Sequence record: EU197055.1 | DNA: 40,000 bases | Reading direction: 5' to 3' (one strand) | Origin: Pseudomonas phage 201phi2-1 | In this document: piece by piece, positions 17,372-25,987 of the stretch | Position numbering within the stretch: the stretch's first letter is position 1 | How the letters are laid out: every line of letters starts with the position of its first letter | Position numbers and translations under genes: made by a program | The notes under the pieces: model-generated | Seen by the model: only the letters and a program-made list of their open reading frames with translations | The model's database searches: none | What the model was told of the DNA's origin: nothing

Positions 17372-17601
17372 TGTTAGCGACATTTCGCATCGAACACTTC
17401 GATGATACCAACATTACTGAGTTGGTAACGTATGAGCGTAACAGTGTTTACCACATCATCATGATGTTGGAGTTGAATCAGAACGTTAAAGCCTACACGA
17501 TCACTGCTGAAGGTGGTCCAGTGGAAGATCCACATCAGACGTATTCTTTCAGCTCGTTGGTCAGTATGTCAAAATACACAACCACTATCAATAAATGGTG
17601 A
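17371..17601 (+). CDS. hypothetical protein, 76 aa
   Basis: ORF in a tightly packed run. Confidence 0.7.
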   Translation: MLATFRIEHFDDTNITELVTYERNSVYHIIMMLELNQNVKAYTITAEGGPVEDPHQTYSFSSLVSMSKYTTTINKW

Positions 17602-17604
17602 GTC

Positions 17605-17895
17605 ATGATTACTCGTGGAAAACGAACCTACTTAGTTAACCTGTTCCGACCTGACGGTTTCTTTACATATAAAGGAAAGCTTTCTCTAAAGGCTGGTAAT
17701 CAGATCTTGATCGGCATGGTACCCGTATCGGTAACCCCGCCACCATTTGACAACCCTGAAGTAGTCCAGATTGATTTTGATGTAATGAAGGGCGACTTAG
17801 CTGTAATGCCATCTATCCCAGATGACATAACCGCGTTTCTCAATGAATGGTCATCGACATTCAGTTCATCGCTAGCCCCAAGGATTATTCTTTAA
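17605..17895 (+). CDS. hypothetical protein, 96 aa
   Basis: ORF in a tightly packed run. Confidence 0.7.
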   Translation: MITRGKRTYLVNLFRPDGFFTYKGKLSLKAGNQILIGMVPVSVTPPPFDNPEVVQIDFDVMKGDLAVMPSIPDDITAFLNEWSSTFSSSLAPRIIL

Positions 17896-18200
17896 TGACT
17901 AGACTTTCAGATGTACCTCTTTCTGAACTACGTACTGACGAAGGTTGGTTAATCAGTGCAACTGGCACTCGTGGTAAGATTACAGCTATTACGTCTACTA
18001 CTTCAGGCAACCAGTTTAAGACTCGGTTGCGCATCACTTGGGACAACGGCTTAGAGTCGTATGCAAAGTGGCCACATGAATGTAATAACATTCAAGTTGA
18101 TGATCGTTATCAGCATATCCTGTGCAAACCATACGTAAATGCGCGTGTTGAAGAACTGCTGGCTAACGTAGATTACCTCAAACAATTCGAAGCAGAATAA
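17895..18200 (+). CDS. hypothetical protein, about 101 aa
   Basis: ATG 17895 (MTRLSDVPLSELRTDEG...) within ORF 17847-18200. Confidence 0.7.
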   Translation: MTRLSDVPLSELRTDEGWLISATGTRGKITAITSTTSGNQFKTRLRITWDNGLESYAKWPHECNNIQVDDRYQHILCKPYVNARVEELLANVDYLKQFEAE

Positions 18201-18283
18201 TAATTTACTTGCATGTACCATCTAGTAGAGGAAGTGCTGTTACGGACTTCCAATACTCGTTTATTCCTCATCGGAGTGACACA

Positions 18284-18499
18284 ATGGCCAAGTTCTCGGC
18301 AGTTATCAGTTGGGGTGGTAAAGCGAATAAAGTTGAAGTCAACGATTCTCGCTACCCGCATCCATTCACTATCCCAACTCTCGGTGAGATTGAAATCACC
18401 ATCGATGCTGCGGATAGTAAAGAAGCAATCATTAAGTTTGACGAGATTGCTCGTAGCTTTAATGACCGTGCACAATTGGTCATTGAATCTATCCGATAA
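18284..18499 (+). CDS. hypothetical protein, 71 aa
   Basis: ATG 18284 (MAKFSAVISWGGKANKVEV...). Confidence 0.7.
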   Translation: MAKFSAVISWGGKANKVEVNDSRYPHPFTIPTLGEIEITIDAADSKEAIIKFDEIARSFNDRAQLVIESIR

Positions 18500-18608
18500 C
18501 TTAAGAGATACTTTTTGTCGTATCTTATGTAGCACACTCAACCGTGTTACATCCCAGGCGAATATAGCCTGATAACCAGACTATGATGCCTGAACCCTCA
18601 GTAATGTT

Positions 18609-18646
18609 GAGATTAGAAAAAATCTCAGATTTATATTACTACTGTG
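18609..18646 (+). promoter_or_regulatory. early-type promoter motif with abutting hairpin, upstream of putative chmA
   Basis: GAGATT-AGAAAA-AATCTC inverted repeat directly followed by AGATTTATATTACT-ACT-GTG. Confidence 0.7.
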
Positions 18647-18713
18647 AATCTCAGTACAAGGTTCACTTGCATCAACTTGATCAAGCATTAAAAACACACT
18701 AAAGGAAAGAATC

Positions 18714-20609
18714 ATGATTCGTGACACCGCAACCAACACCACCCAAACTCAAGCTGCTCCGCAACAAGCTCCAGCTCAACAGTTCACTCAAGCTCCACAG
18801 GAAAAACCAATGCAATCGACTCAATCGCAACCAACTCCATCGTACGCTGGTACCGGTGGTATCAATTCCCAGTTCACTCGTTCCGGTAACGTCCAAGGTG
18901 GCGATGCTCGTGCTAGCGAGGCTCTGACTGTATTCACTCGTCTGAAAGAACAGGCCGTCGCTCAACAAGATCTGGCCGATGACTTCAGCATCCTGCGATT
19001 CGATCGTGACCAGCACCAAGTAGGTTGGTCGTCTCTGGTTATCGCAAAACAAATCTCTCTGAACGGTCAGCCGGTAATCGCTGTTCGTCCTCTGATCCTG
19101 CCTAACAACTCGATCGAGCTGCCGAAGCGTAAAACCAACATCGTCAACGGTATGCAGACTGACGTAATCGAATCCGACATCGACGTTGGTACCGTGTTCT
19201 CCGCTCAGTACTTCAACCGTCTGTCCACCTACGTACAGAACACTCTGGGTAAGCCAGGTGCTAAAGTCGTACTGGCTGGTCCATTCCCGATCCCTGCGGA
19301 TCTGGTTCTGAAGGACTCCGAGCTGCAACTGCGTAACCTGCTGATCAAATCGGTCAACGCATGTGACGACATTCTGGCTCTGCACTCCGGTGAGCGTCCT
19401 TTCACCATCGCTGGTCTGAAAGGTCAGCAAGGTGAGACTCTGGCTGCTAAGGTAGATATCCGTACTCAGCCTCTGCACGACACCGTTGGTAACCCAATCC
19501 GTGCTGACATCGTAGTAACTACTCAACGTGTTCGCCGTAATGGTCAACAAGAGAACGAGTTCTACGAGACCGACGTTAAGCTGAACCAAGTGGCAATGTT
19601 CACTAACCTTGAACGTACTCCACAGGCTCAGGCACAAACCCTGTTCCCTAACCAGCAGCAAGTAGCTACTCCAGCTCCTTGGGTTGCTTCGGTAGTAATT
19701 ACCGACGTACGTAACGCTGACGGTATTCAGGCTAACACTCCTGAAATGTACTGGTTCGCTCTGTCTAACGCATTCCGTTCGACTCACGGTCACGCATGGG
19801 CTCGCCCATTCCTGCCGATGACTGGCGTTGCTAAAGACATGAAGGACATCGGTGCACTGGGTTGGATGTCGGCTCTGCGTAACCGCATCGACACCAAAGC
19901 AGCTAACTTCGATGACGCTCAATTCGGTCAACTGATGCTGAGTCAGGTTCAACCTAACCCAGTGTTCCAGATCGACCTGAACCGTATGGGCGAGACTGCT
20001 CAGATGGACAGCCTGCAACTGGACGCCGCTGGTGGCCCTAACGCACAGAAGGCTGCTGCAACCATCATCCGTCAGATCAACAATCTGGGCGGTGGCGGTT
20101 TCGAGCGTTTCTTCGATCACACCACTCAGCCTATCCTCGAGCGCACCGGTCAAGTGATTGATCTGGGTAACTGGTTCGATGGTGATGAGAAGCGTGACCG
20201 TCGTGACCTCGACAACCTGGCTGCACTGAACGCTGCTGAAGGTAACGAGAACGAGTTCTGGGGCTTCTACGGTGCTCAGCTTAACCCGAACCTGCACCCA
20301 GACCTGCGTAACCGTCAGTCGCGTAACTACGACCGTCAATACCTGGGTAGCACTGTTACCTACACCGGTAAAGCCGAACGTTGCACTTACAACGCTAAGT
20401 TCATCGAAGCGCTGGACCGTTACCTGGCTGAAGCTGGTCTGCAAATCACCATGGATAACACCTCGGTGCTGAACAGCGGTCAACGCTTCATGGGTAACTC
20501 GGTAATCGGTAACAACATGGTTAGCGGTCAAGCTCAGGTTCACTCGGCTTACGCTGGTACTCAGGGTTTCAACACCCAGTACCAAACTGGCCCATCCAGC
20601 TTCTACTAA
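18714..20609 (+). CDS. chmA: candidate phage nucleus shell protein, chimallin (ChmA), 631 aa
   Basis: 631 aa, the length I recall for 201phi2-1 gp105; very strong preferred-codon bias consistent with high expression; own promoter; next substantial genes lead to an nvRNAP beta'-like subunit as in phiKZ gp54-gp55; disordered Q/A/P-rich N-terminus. Confidence 0.75.
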   Translation: MIRDTATNTTQTQAAPQQAPAQQFTQAPQEKPMQSTQSQPTPSYAGTGGINSQFTRSGNVQGGDARASEALTVFTRLKEQAVAQQDLADDFSILRFDRDQHQVGWSSLVIAKQISLNGQPVIAVRPLILPNNSIELPKRKTNIVNGMQTDVIESDIDVGTVFSAQYFNRLSTYVQNTLGKPGAKVVLAGPFPIPADLVLKDSELQLRNLLIKSVNACDDILALHSGERPFTIAGLKGQQGETLAAKVDIRTQPLHDTVGNPIRADIVVTTQRVRRNGQQENEFYETDVKLNQVAMFTNLERTPQAQAQTLFPNQQQVATPAPWVASVVITDVRNADGIQANTPEMYWFALSNAFRSTHGHAWARPFLPMTGVAKDMKDIGALGWMSALRNRIDTKAANFDDAQFGQLMLSQVQPNPVFQIDLNRMGETAQMDSLQLDAAGGPNAQKAAATIIRQINNLGGGGFERFFDHTTQPILERTGQVIDLGNWFDGDEKRDRRDLDNLAALNAAEGNENEFWGFYGAQLNPNLHPDLRNRQSRNYDRQYLGSTVTYTGKAERCTYNAKFIEALDRYLAEAGLQITMDNTSVLNSGQRFMGNSVIGNNMVSGQAQVHSAYAGTQGFNTQYQTGPSSFY

Positions 20610-20620
20610 GTTGTAACCAA

Positions 20621-20733
20621 ATTGGGATCGAAAGGTCCCAATGTGGACACCACCTAAATACTGGCTAAAGGTGTTCACTATTGAAACCCACCGCTTAACT
20701 CGATATTCGAGAGTGTCATGTAACAGTGACACT
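20621..20733 (+). other. multi-hairpin region downstream of putative chmA
   Basis: Inverted repeats ATTGGGA/TCCCAAT (20621-20642), GTGGACACC/GGTGTTCAC (20643-20678), CTCGA/TCGAG (20699-20711), AGTGTCA/TGACACT (20712-20733). Confidence 0.6.
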
Positions 20734-20774
20734 TTGTGGTTAATAATACCAGTTAGATCTGGACCAATAGACGG

Positions 20775-20798
20775 GCTACTCCTTCGGGAGTAGCTTTT
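20775..20798 (+). terminator. rho-independent terminator
   Basis: GCTACTCC-TTCG-GGAGTAGC-TTTT. Confidence 0.85.
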
Positions 20799-20834
20799 CT
20801 ATTCCTTTTTTTGTAATTACTAATAGGTGGAAAG

Positions 20835-21401
20835 ATGCGAGTAGCTCGTTTTAACGATGTCGAACCAGAACGTATTGTCCCGCTTGTAAATGCAAGCACC
20901 ATGGATAATTTCTATCCCGGTGATGTGGCACGCCTTGTCACCTACGTAGATCATGTTGGTCTGACGGCACCGCTGAAGTTTGGTAAGCGATTTGATCTGT
21001 TGGGCATGGCAGGTGAGGACGACCCGTTTAAAGTAATCGATCCAGCAATGTGTATTGAAACCGTTTACTTCAAGGTGAATGATGTTCTGTACGCCGGCTA
21101 TGCCAAAGGTGAGAAAGGTAATGTCACACAGGCGCATTTGTTGGGAGATACTCGACGAGTTACCATTGATTGGACCCATGAACATGTTTATATGGATTCT
21201 GAACGCCCAGCATATTTCGATGGCGTAGATACCAGTAAGATCCCAGTGGGTGTATTCCAATTCAACATCACTGGCGAGGTTCAGATCAGTAAAGGTATCG
21301 TTGAATTCAATGCAACTGTTATTGAACAATCTGAGGGGTTGAATGTAGAGCTAGTTGGTTATGACCTTCTGGCATATTACAGTAAAAATAGCGGAGATTA
21401 A
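20835..21401 (+). CDS. hypothetical protein, 188 aa
   Basis: ORF between putative chmA and the RNAP beta'-like gene. Confidence 0.8.
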   Translation: MRVARFNDVEPERIVPLVNASTMDNFYPGDVARLVTYVDHVGLTAPLKFGKRFDLLGMAGEDDPFKVIDPAMCIETVYFKVNDVLYAGYAKGEKGNVTQAHLLGDTRRVTIDWTHEHVYMDSERPAYFDGVDTSKIPVGVFQFNITGEVQISKGIVEFNATVIEQSEGLNVELVGYDLLAYYSKNSGD

Positions 21402-21483
21402 ATATGGCGCTGGTTCATTGGCGATGCCGAAACTGTGGTATGACGAAATGTCTGTGTATTAAGCTTGGCAAGTGAGGTTGTGA

Positions 21484-22947
21484 ATGGGGTTGTATTTGGA
21501 AGTAGTGGATCTCGATGAGGTTCATGATAACTTTAAAGGTAAGATGATTTATGCCAATGACTTCAATACCGGTACTGTAGAAGGTAAAGAAGCATTCCAC
21601 CAACATTTCTATTCTCACTATAAGGATTCCGAAGCTGTAGAGAACTCGGCTAGTTGTGATTGTGAATACCTAGATGAAGCACACTTCCTCGGGGTGATCT
21701 GTGAGAACTGCGGTAGTCCAGTAGTCTCGACCAGTAACCGACCGATTGTACCATCGATGTGGATTCGTGCACCAGAAGGCGTTGATCGAATGATCACACC
21801 TCAACTCTGGATCATGTTGTCTAATTATCTCACGATGAAGGAATTCGACTTCCTCGAATATCTTACCAACACGAGTTATAATTACGATGACGCAAACATT
21901 ACGTCTAAAGAAACTCGACGTAAAGTCGGTAAGTTGCTGGCCAAAGGATTCCCACGTGGTCTGAATAACTTCGTTCAGAACTTCGATGAGATCTTCCAGT
22001 TCTTACTGGATGCTAACATCATCAACACCAACAAAGGTGAGATGGCCGCATTCGTAAGAGCTAACAAGCACAAGATGTTCCCAAGACATATCCCGATTCC
22101 ATCTAAACTATGTTTCGTAGCTGAATCGACCACGTCTGGTAACTATCTCGATGAACCTATTGGACCAGCTATCGAAGCCGTACTGACGTTCTGTAGTATC
22201 GGTAGTAGCCCAATCCCAATTAAACCACAAACCGTTCAGAACCGTGTTGCAGAGTCTCTGAAGAACATTTCGGTGTATCACAAGAACCTTGCCAAAACAC
22301 GTATTGCACAGAAGCCGGGTTTGGTTCGTCGACACGTACTGGGTGGCCGTTTGAACTTTACTGGTCGTGGTGTAATTACATCGATCAGTGATCCACATGA
22401 CTACGATGAACTCCATGTAAGCTGGGGTATCATGTGTCAGCTGATGAAATATCATCTGGTCAACAAGCTCAAGCGTAAGATGCGTTGGACTAGTCGTAAG
22501 GCTACTCAACACATCTATGAACATACTTTGCAGTATTGCCCGATCTTGGATGAGTGCTTTAAAGAACTCATTGCAGAGTCTAACTACAAGGGTATTGGTG
22601 TAACCTTTCACCGAAATCCGACATTGCAACGTGGCTCTACTCAACGCTTCTTTATTACTAAGGTTAAGACTGACCTTCGTGATAACTCCATCAGTATGTC
22701 GGTACTGTGCCTCAAGGCACCTAACGCCGACTTCGATGGTGACCAACTTAATATGACCCTGCTGCCAGACAACTATCTGGTAGACGCGTGTGAGCGTATT
22801 GCACCACACACTTGGGTACACTCCACTGACGATCCACATCAACTGTCTGGTAACCTTGAACTGCAAGGTCCAGTAGTAGAGACTGTCGTTAACTATGGTC
22901 ACGAAGATTATCTTCCACCTCTGGAAGAATGGTTGGCCGGACATTAA
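21484..22947 (+). CDS. phage RNA polymerase beta'-like subunit, N-terminal/catalytic part (phiKZ gp55-like, inferred)
   Basis: Catalytic NADFDGD at 22723-22743; Cys cluster CDC...CENC near the N-terminus; LGGRLNFTGRGVI-like segment upstream of the catalytic motif. Confidence 0.9.
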   Translation: MGLYLEVVDLDEVHDNFKGKMIYANDFNTGTVEGKEAFHQHFYSHYKDSEAVENSASCDCEYLDEAHFLGVICENCGSPVVSTSNRPIVPSMWIRAPEGVDRMITPQLWIMLSNYLTMKEFDFLEYLTNTSYNYDDANITSKETRRKVGKLLAKGFPRGLNNFVQNFDEIFQFLLDANIINTNKGEMAAFVRANKHKMFPRHIPIPSKLCFVAESTTSGNYLDEPIGPAIEAVLTFCSIGSSPIPIKPQTVQNRVAESLKNISVYHKNLAKTRIAQKPGLVRRHVLGGRLNFTGRGVITSISDPHDYDELHVSWGIMCQLMKYHLVNKLKRKMRWTSRKATQHIYEHTLQYCPILDECFKELIAESNYKGIGVTFHRNPTLQRGSTQRFFITKVKTDLRDNSISMSVLCLKAPNADFDGDQLNMTLLPDNYLVDACERIAPHTWVHSTDDPHQLSGNLELQGPVVETVVNYGHEDYLPPLEEWLAGH

Positions 22948-22959
22948 GAGGAATACTAG

Positions 22960-23388
22960 ATGGGCTTAGTACTGAAGTTTGACAAAACTGACGAAGGTCT
23001 AATGCTCGATGGTAATCCAGTTACGATCTCCCTCGGTGGCCAAGGCTGCCGAGTGGAGGCTAGCTCGATTTCATTGACCTATACGTTACCAAAGTCACAG
23101 TTACCCGAGGGCAGTAAGCACGAAATCTCATACACCTTCAAAGCTGATTCCGAAGGCGTGATCCAATCGGTCACCACTAACCGAACTGAGTTGGTGCGGA
23201 ACGCTACCGGTAATCGCTGGTACACTGATCGATTCCCAGATGAAACGACGGTTTACCTAGTCTATAACGCATCTGTATTGGACTACTTTAAAGTTACCGT
23301 AGGTGATACCAGAATGGCTATTAAAGACTACTTGGTAATTCGACCTAAAGAAAAACATAATAATCCACTTGATCACATTGGGTGGTAA
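22960..23388 (+). CDS. hypothetical protein, 142 aa
   Basis: ORF just downstream of the RNAP gene. Confidence 0.75.
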   Translation: MGLVLKFDKTDEGLMLDGNPVTISLGGQGCRVEASSISLTYTLPKSQLPEGSKHEISYTFKADSEGVIQSVTTNRTELVRNATGNRWYTDRFPDETTVYLVYNASVLDYFKVTVGDTRMAIKDYLVIRPKEKHNNPLDHIGW

Positions 23389-23390
23389 GG

Positions 23391-23915
23391 ATGTTTAACT
23401 TTAAGCGGTGGTGGCATAAACCGATACCCGTTGAGGTACCGGTTATAGCTGAAGAGTCAAAGATAGACCCGGTGGTAATCGAATGGCAACGTCGGGTCAA
23501 AGAGTTTTATAGTGCTCGACGCAAAAACGCAAGGTCAATGAGTACATTCGATAAATACTGTTTCATCAGAGGGATTAACTTCGACTGTTATGAAGACTGC
23601 GAAAGACTGTATCGAAAGCTAGGTAATCCAGATATAGATCTACATATCGAATTTAGGCTCGATAAAGACCTGTTGGCCGCGAGCTTGCTTATTCCAGACG
23701 AGCGTCCAACAGACGACCAGTTGATTAACGCGCAGCTCTTTTATGAGCAACTGGTTAAAACCATAGATACCGATCTATGGGACAATACACCTCACAAGTT
23801 CTACGCTGGTAACGACGTCGATGTGATGGAACATTATCTTCGTAGTCAATTCAACCTATTCGATTATGAGCTATCGGTGTCGGTATCCGCTTACATCTGG
23901 TGGAGTTTAGCCTGA
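23391..23915 (+). CDS. hypothetical protein, about 174 aa
   Basis: ORF 23382-23915; MFNFKRWWHKP... at 23391. Confidence 0.75.
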   Translation: MFNFKRWWHKPIPVEVPVIAEESKIDPVVIEWQRRVKEFYSARRKNARSMSTFDKYCFIRGINFDCYEDCERLYRKLGNPDIDLHIEFRLDKDLLAASLLIPDERPTDDQLINAQLFYEQLVKTIDTDLWDNTPHKFYAGNDVDVMEHYLRSQFNLFDYELSVSVSAYIWWSLA

Positions 23916-24545
23916 AAGCCTAAAGGTATTCGTTGCCATACGCATGTCATAGACGCATGCCGTCATCACGGAGATATCTTCGACTATTATTACGACCACA
24001 TCCGTAAAGCGATTAGGTTAGTAGAGAACTGGGCTGGGTGTAATCTTGGTTGTTGTGATTTCCCAGATGAAATCGAACCTTGTCCCGTCTTATGGTACGA
24101 ACATGAATGTCGATTCAAAAGACCAAAGGATAAAGCTATGTCCCGTATTAAAGAAATCCAGCCCACGCCAGTAAAGCACATTACATTAATCTGTCGTACT
24201 GAGCGGGTAGCTAATGCAGTGCGTAAGCCATGGTACGCCATCACCGATAAAGGTGAGTTTCCTATTAAAGCAGGTGGTGAACCGGATAACCTAGATGTCC
24301 TAGTACGTCCATTTTATCGGTTTACTAATGATCGCCCAGAAGGGCAGAATATCTGTGTGATCGGCGTCTATGCCGGCATACCTGGTTATCGTTGGGATAT
24401 TGAGATCAGTGAGTCTATGGATATCCTGTCCATCTGTGATTCTGTGAGTGGTGACGAGATGGACGCTATTACGATTCCATTGGATCATCCAGCATTAGCC
24501 CTGTTTCGTATTGAGTGTCCATTGAATTACGTTTTCGACAAATAA
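23916..24545 (+). CDS. hypothetical protein; ATG-initiated part is 24138-24545, open frame extends upstream to the preceding TGA
   Basis: 74 open, protein-like codons upstream of ATG 24138, in the same frame as the previous gene, with no ATG/GTG/TTG. Confidence 0.5.
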   Translation, partial: KPKGIRCHTHVIDACRHHGDIFDYYYDHIRKAIRLVENWAGCNLGCCDFPDEIEPCPVLWYEHECRFKRPKDKAMSRIKEIQPTPVKHITLICRTERVANAVRKPWYAITDKGEFPIKAGGEPDNLDVLVRPFYRFTNDRPEGQNICVIGVYAGIPGYRWDIEISESMDILSICDSVSGDEMDAITIPLDHPALALFRIECPLNYVFDK

Positions 24546-24550
24546 CCGAA

Positions 24551-24589
24551 ATAGTACTAGGGTCTATTATTTATAGGTCTTAGTGCTAT
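24551..24589 (+). other. long intergenic RNA hairpin
   Basis: 17-bp stem ATAGTACTAGGGTCTAT / ATAGGTCTTAGTGCTAT with 5-nt loop; four G-U pairs. Confidence 0.6.
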
Positions 24590-24603
24590 TAATGAGGGGC
24601 TTT

Positions 24604-24795
24604 ATGCGTAAACCTACAACGCACCGTACCCGTCGTGGCAAATTGGTTGAGATTCCAGAACAGTGGCGTGGCCAAGTTCCTTCTAACCAAACTATGCTTC
24701 AGCGGAAAGCAGCTCGCATTGAAGTGCGGTCACGTAAGAAACGTAAGTTGCGTACTGAAAGTAAATTCCATTGGGATTCACAGGTAGATGATTAG
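24604..24795 (+). CDS. small basic protein, 63 aa
   Basis: MRKPTTHRTRRGKLVEIPEQWRGQ... at ATG 24604. Confidence 0.65.
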   Translation: MRKPTTHRTRRGKLVEIPEQWRGQVPSNQTMLQRKAARIEVRSRKKRKLRTESKFHWDSQVDD

Positions 24796-25141
24796 AATGT
24801 ACGAAGACTTCACAATCCGTAAAGCTGAGAAAGGTTGGCAACTGGAAACCTATTCCGGTAACTACCCTATTACTGTAAAGTTGGTTGGCAACGGCTGGTC
24901 TGTTCCGAACATCTGGTCTGATGGACCAGCTCGTCTTTCTTATGATCTGGTATTCGAAGCCTATGCTGTTGAATACACCGTTAATGTTGATACGGAAGAT
25001 CAAACCGTCAACTATGTTACAGTCGATGGAAAGGAAGTTAGTAGTATCAAAGTTGGCTCCAACTACCCAGTGACCCAATTGTTCCATGTCACTACACCTG
25101 ATGGAGTAGTGCCAATTCGGGAACGAGTTAGTAGACTGTAA
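24788..25141 (+). CDS. hypothetical protein, 117 aa
   Basis: ORF overlapping the previous stop. Confidence 0.75.
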   Translation: MIRMYEDFTIRKAEKGWQLETYSGNYPITVKLVGNGWSVPNIWSDGPARLSYDLVFEAYAVEYTVNVDTEDQTVNYVTVDGKEVSSIKVGSNYPVTQLFHVTTPDGVVPIRERVSRL

Positions 25142-25144
25142 TTC

Positions 25145-25164
25145 AGATCTATATTACTGAGGTG
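25145..25164 (+). promoter_or_regulatory. early-type promoter motif
   Basis: AGATCTATATTACT-GAG-GTG, immediately after the upstream stop codon. Confidence 0.65.
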
Positions 25165-25168
25165 TAAC

Positions 25169-25324
25169 ATGGTTCGTACTGAAAAGACTATTGACGAGTT
25201 GTTAGCGTATATCAGTTTGAATAGACCTGAACGCGGATATGACATCATGTCAGTTGACGGAAAGGTCATTCATGTAATCGGCACCACCGCAAGAATAGTG
25301 GTGTCAGAAAATAGAAAGGGGTAG
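25169..25324 (+). CDS. 51-aa ORF, not in the supplied track
   Basis: MVRTEKTIDELLAYISLNRPERGYDIMSVDGKVIHVIGTTARIVVSENRKG*. Confidence 0.55.
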   Translation: MVRTEKTIDELLAYISLNRPERGYDIMSVDGKVIHVIGTTARIVVSENRKG

Positions 25325-25327
25325 TCT

Positions 25328-25939
25328 ATGCAATATCAAGCCCATGGCGTGGACCTTATGGACATCGCCTGCGGCGGTTTTCTGGATTCTCAAACCACTA
25401 ACTGGTTGAACCAACGAAGTGAAGCTCTGATGTCTTCTGTCAGTAGCACTACGCAAAACTGGTTTAACAAAGCGCGGACGTTCTATACCACGATCTCTGA
25501 ATCGGATGCAATCCAAGCTCTACGTAATATCAGTGTTAAGACTGACGTGAGCTGGAAAAGTAATAGCATCTATTTCTGTAACAGTATCGAGCAGGTTCAA
25601 ACAGCGAACCCAATCATGCAACGTTACATCATGGCTGAACCGCGCCTGCGTGACATGTATCTGAATCAATCCGTTGAAGGCTATGCTGGTAGTTATGAGA
25701 ACTATCATGGTGATGCGCTGGGCGTAGGACACTATGATTATCGTCGAGTAACTGATGGCATTGTGATGGTTCATGATGATCACGCAATCGTGAATGAGTT
25801 CTATGAACTGATTCCAGATACCGACAAAGAACTGGACATCTTCCAGAAGGCCGACATCATCCGTACTTGGAACATGGTTAACCGTGCTCTTGATGCAGGT
25901 GAGATGGACCCAACTAGTCCAATTGGTAACTTGTTGTAA
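25328..25939 (+). CDS. hypothetical protein, 203 aa
   Basis: ORF followed by a terminator. Confidence 0.8.
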   Translation: MQYQAHGVDLMDIACGGFLDSQTTNWLNQRSEALMSSVSSTTQNWFNKARTFYTTISESDAIQALRNISVKTDVSWKSNSIYFCNSIEQVQTANPIMQRYIMAEPRLRDMYLNQSVEGYAGSYENYHGDALGVGHYDYRRVTDGIVMVHDDHAIVNEFYELIPDTDKELDIFQKADIIRTWNMVNRALDAGEMDPTSPIGNLL

Positions 25940-25946
25940 ACCCCAT

Positions 25947-25974
25947 AAAGCCTCTCCACACGGAGAGGCTTTTA
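25947..25974 (+). terminator. rho-independent terminator
   Basis: AAAGCCTCTCC-ACAC-GGAGAGGCTTT. Confidence 0.85.
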
Positions 25975-25987
25975 TACCGAGGTAGAC

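Noticed and set aside
18213-18572. 119-aa + strand ORF
   Set aside because: Competes with the better 18284-18499 ORF (good start context, protein-like sequence).
18699-20732. 677-aa minus-strand ORF opposite the putative chmA
   Set aside because: It mirrors the + strand gene; the strong preferred-codon usage of that gene removes stops on the antisense strand. The + strand gene has promoter and terminator support.
20610-20760. Structured RNA downstream of putative chmA read as a possible tRNA or tmRNA
   Set aside because: The stems are successive hairpins, not a nested acceptor/arm arrangement, and no T-loop (GGTTCRA) signature is present.
21373-21379. CATATTAC near the end of the 20835-21401 CDS
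   Set aside because: Only a partial match, within coding sequence, without the GTG spacing; not strong enough to call a promoter for the RNAP gene.
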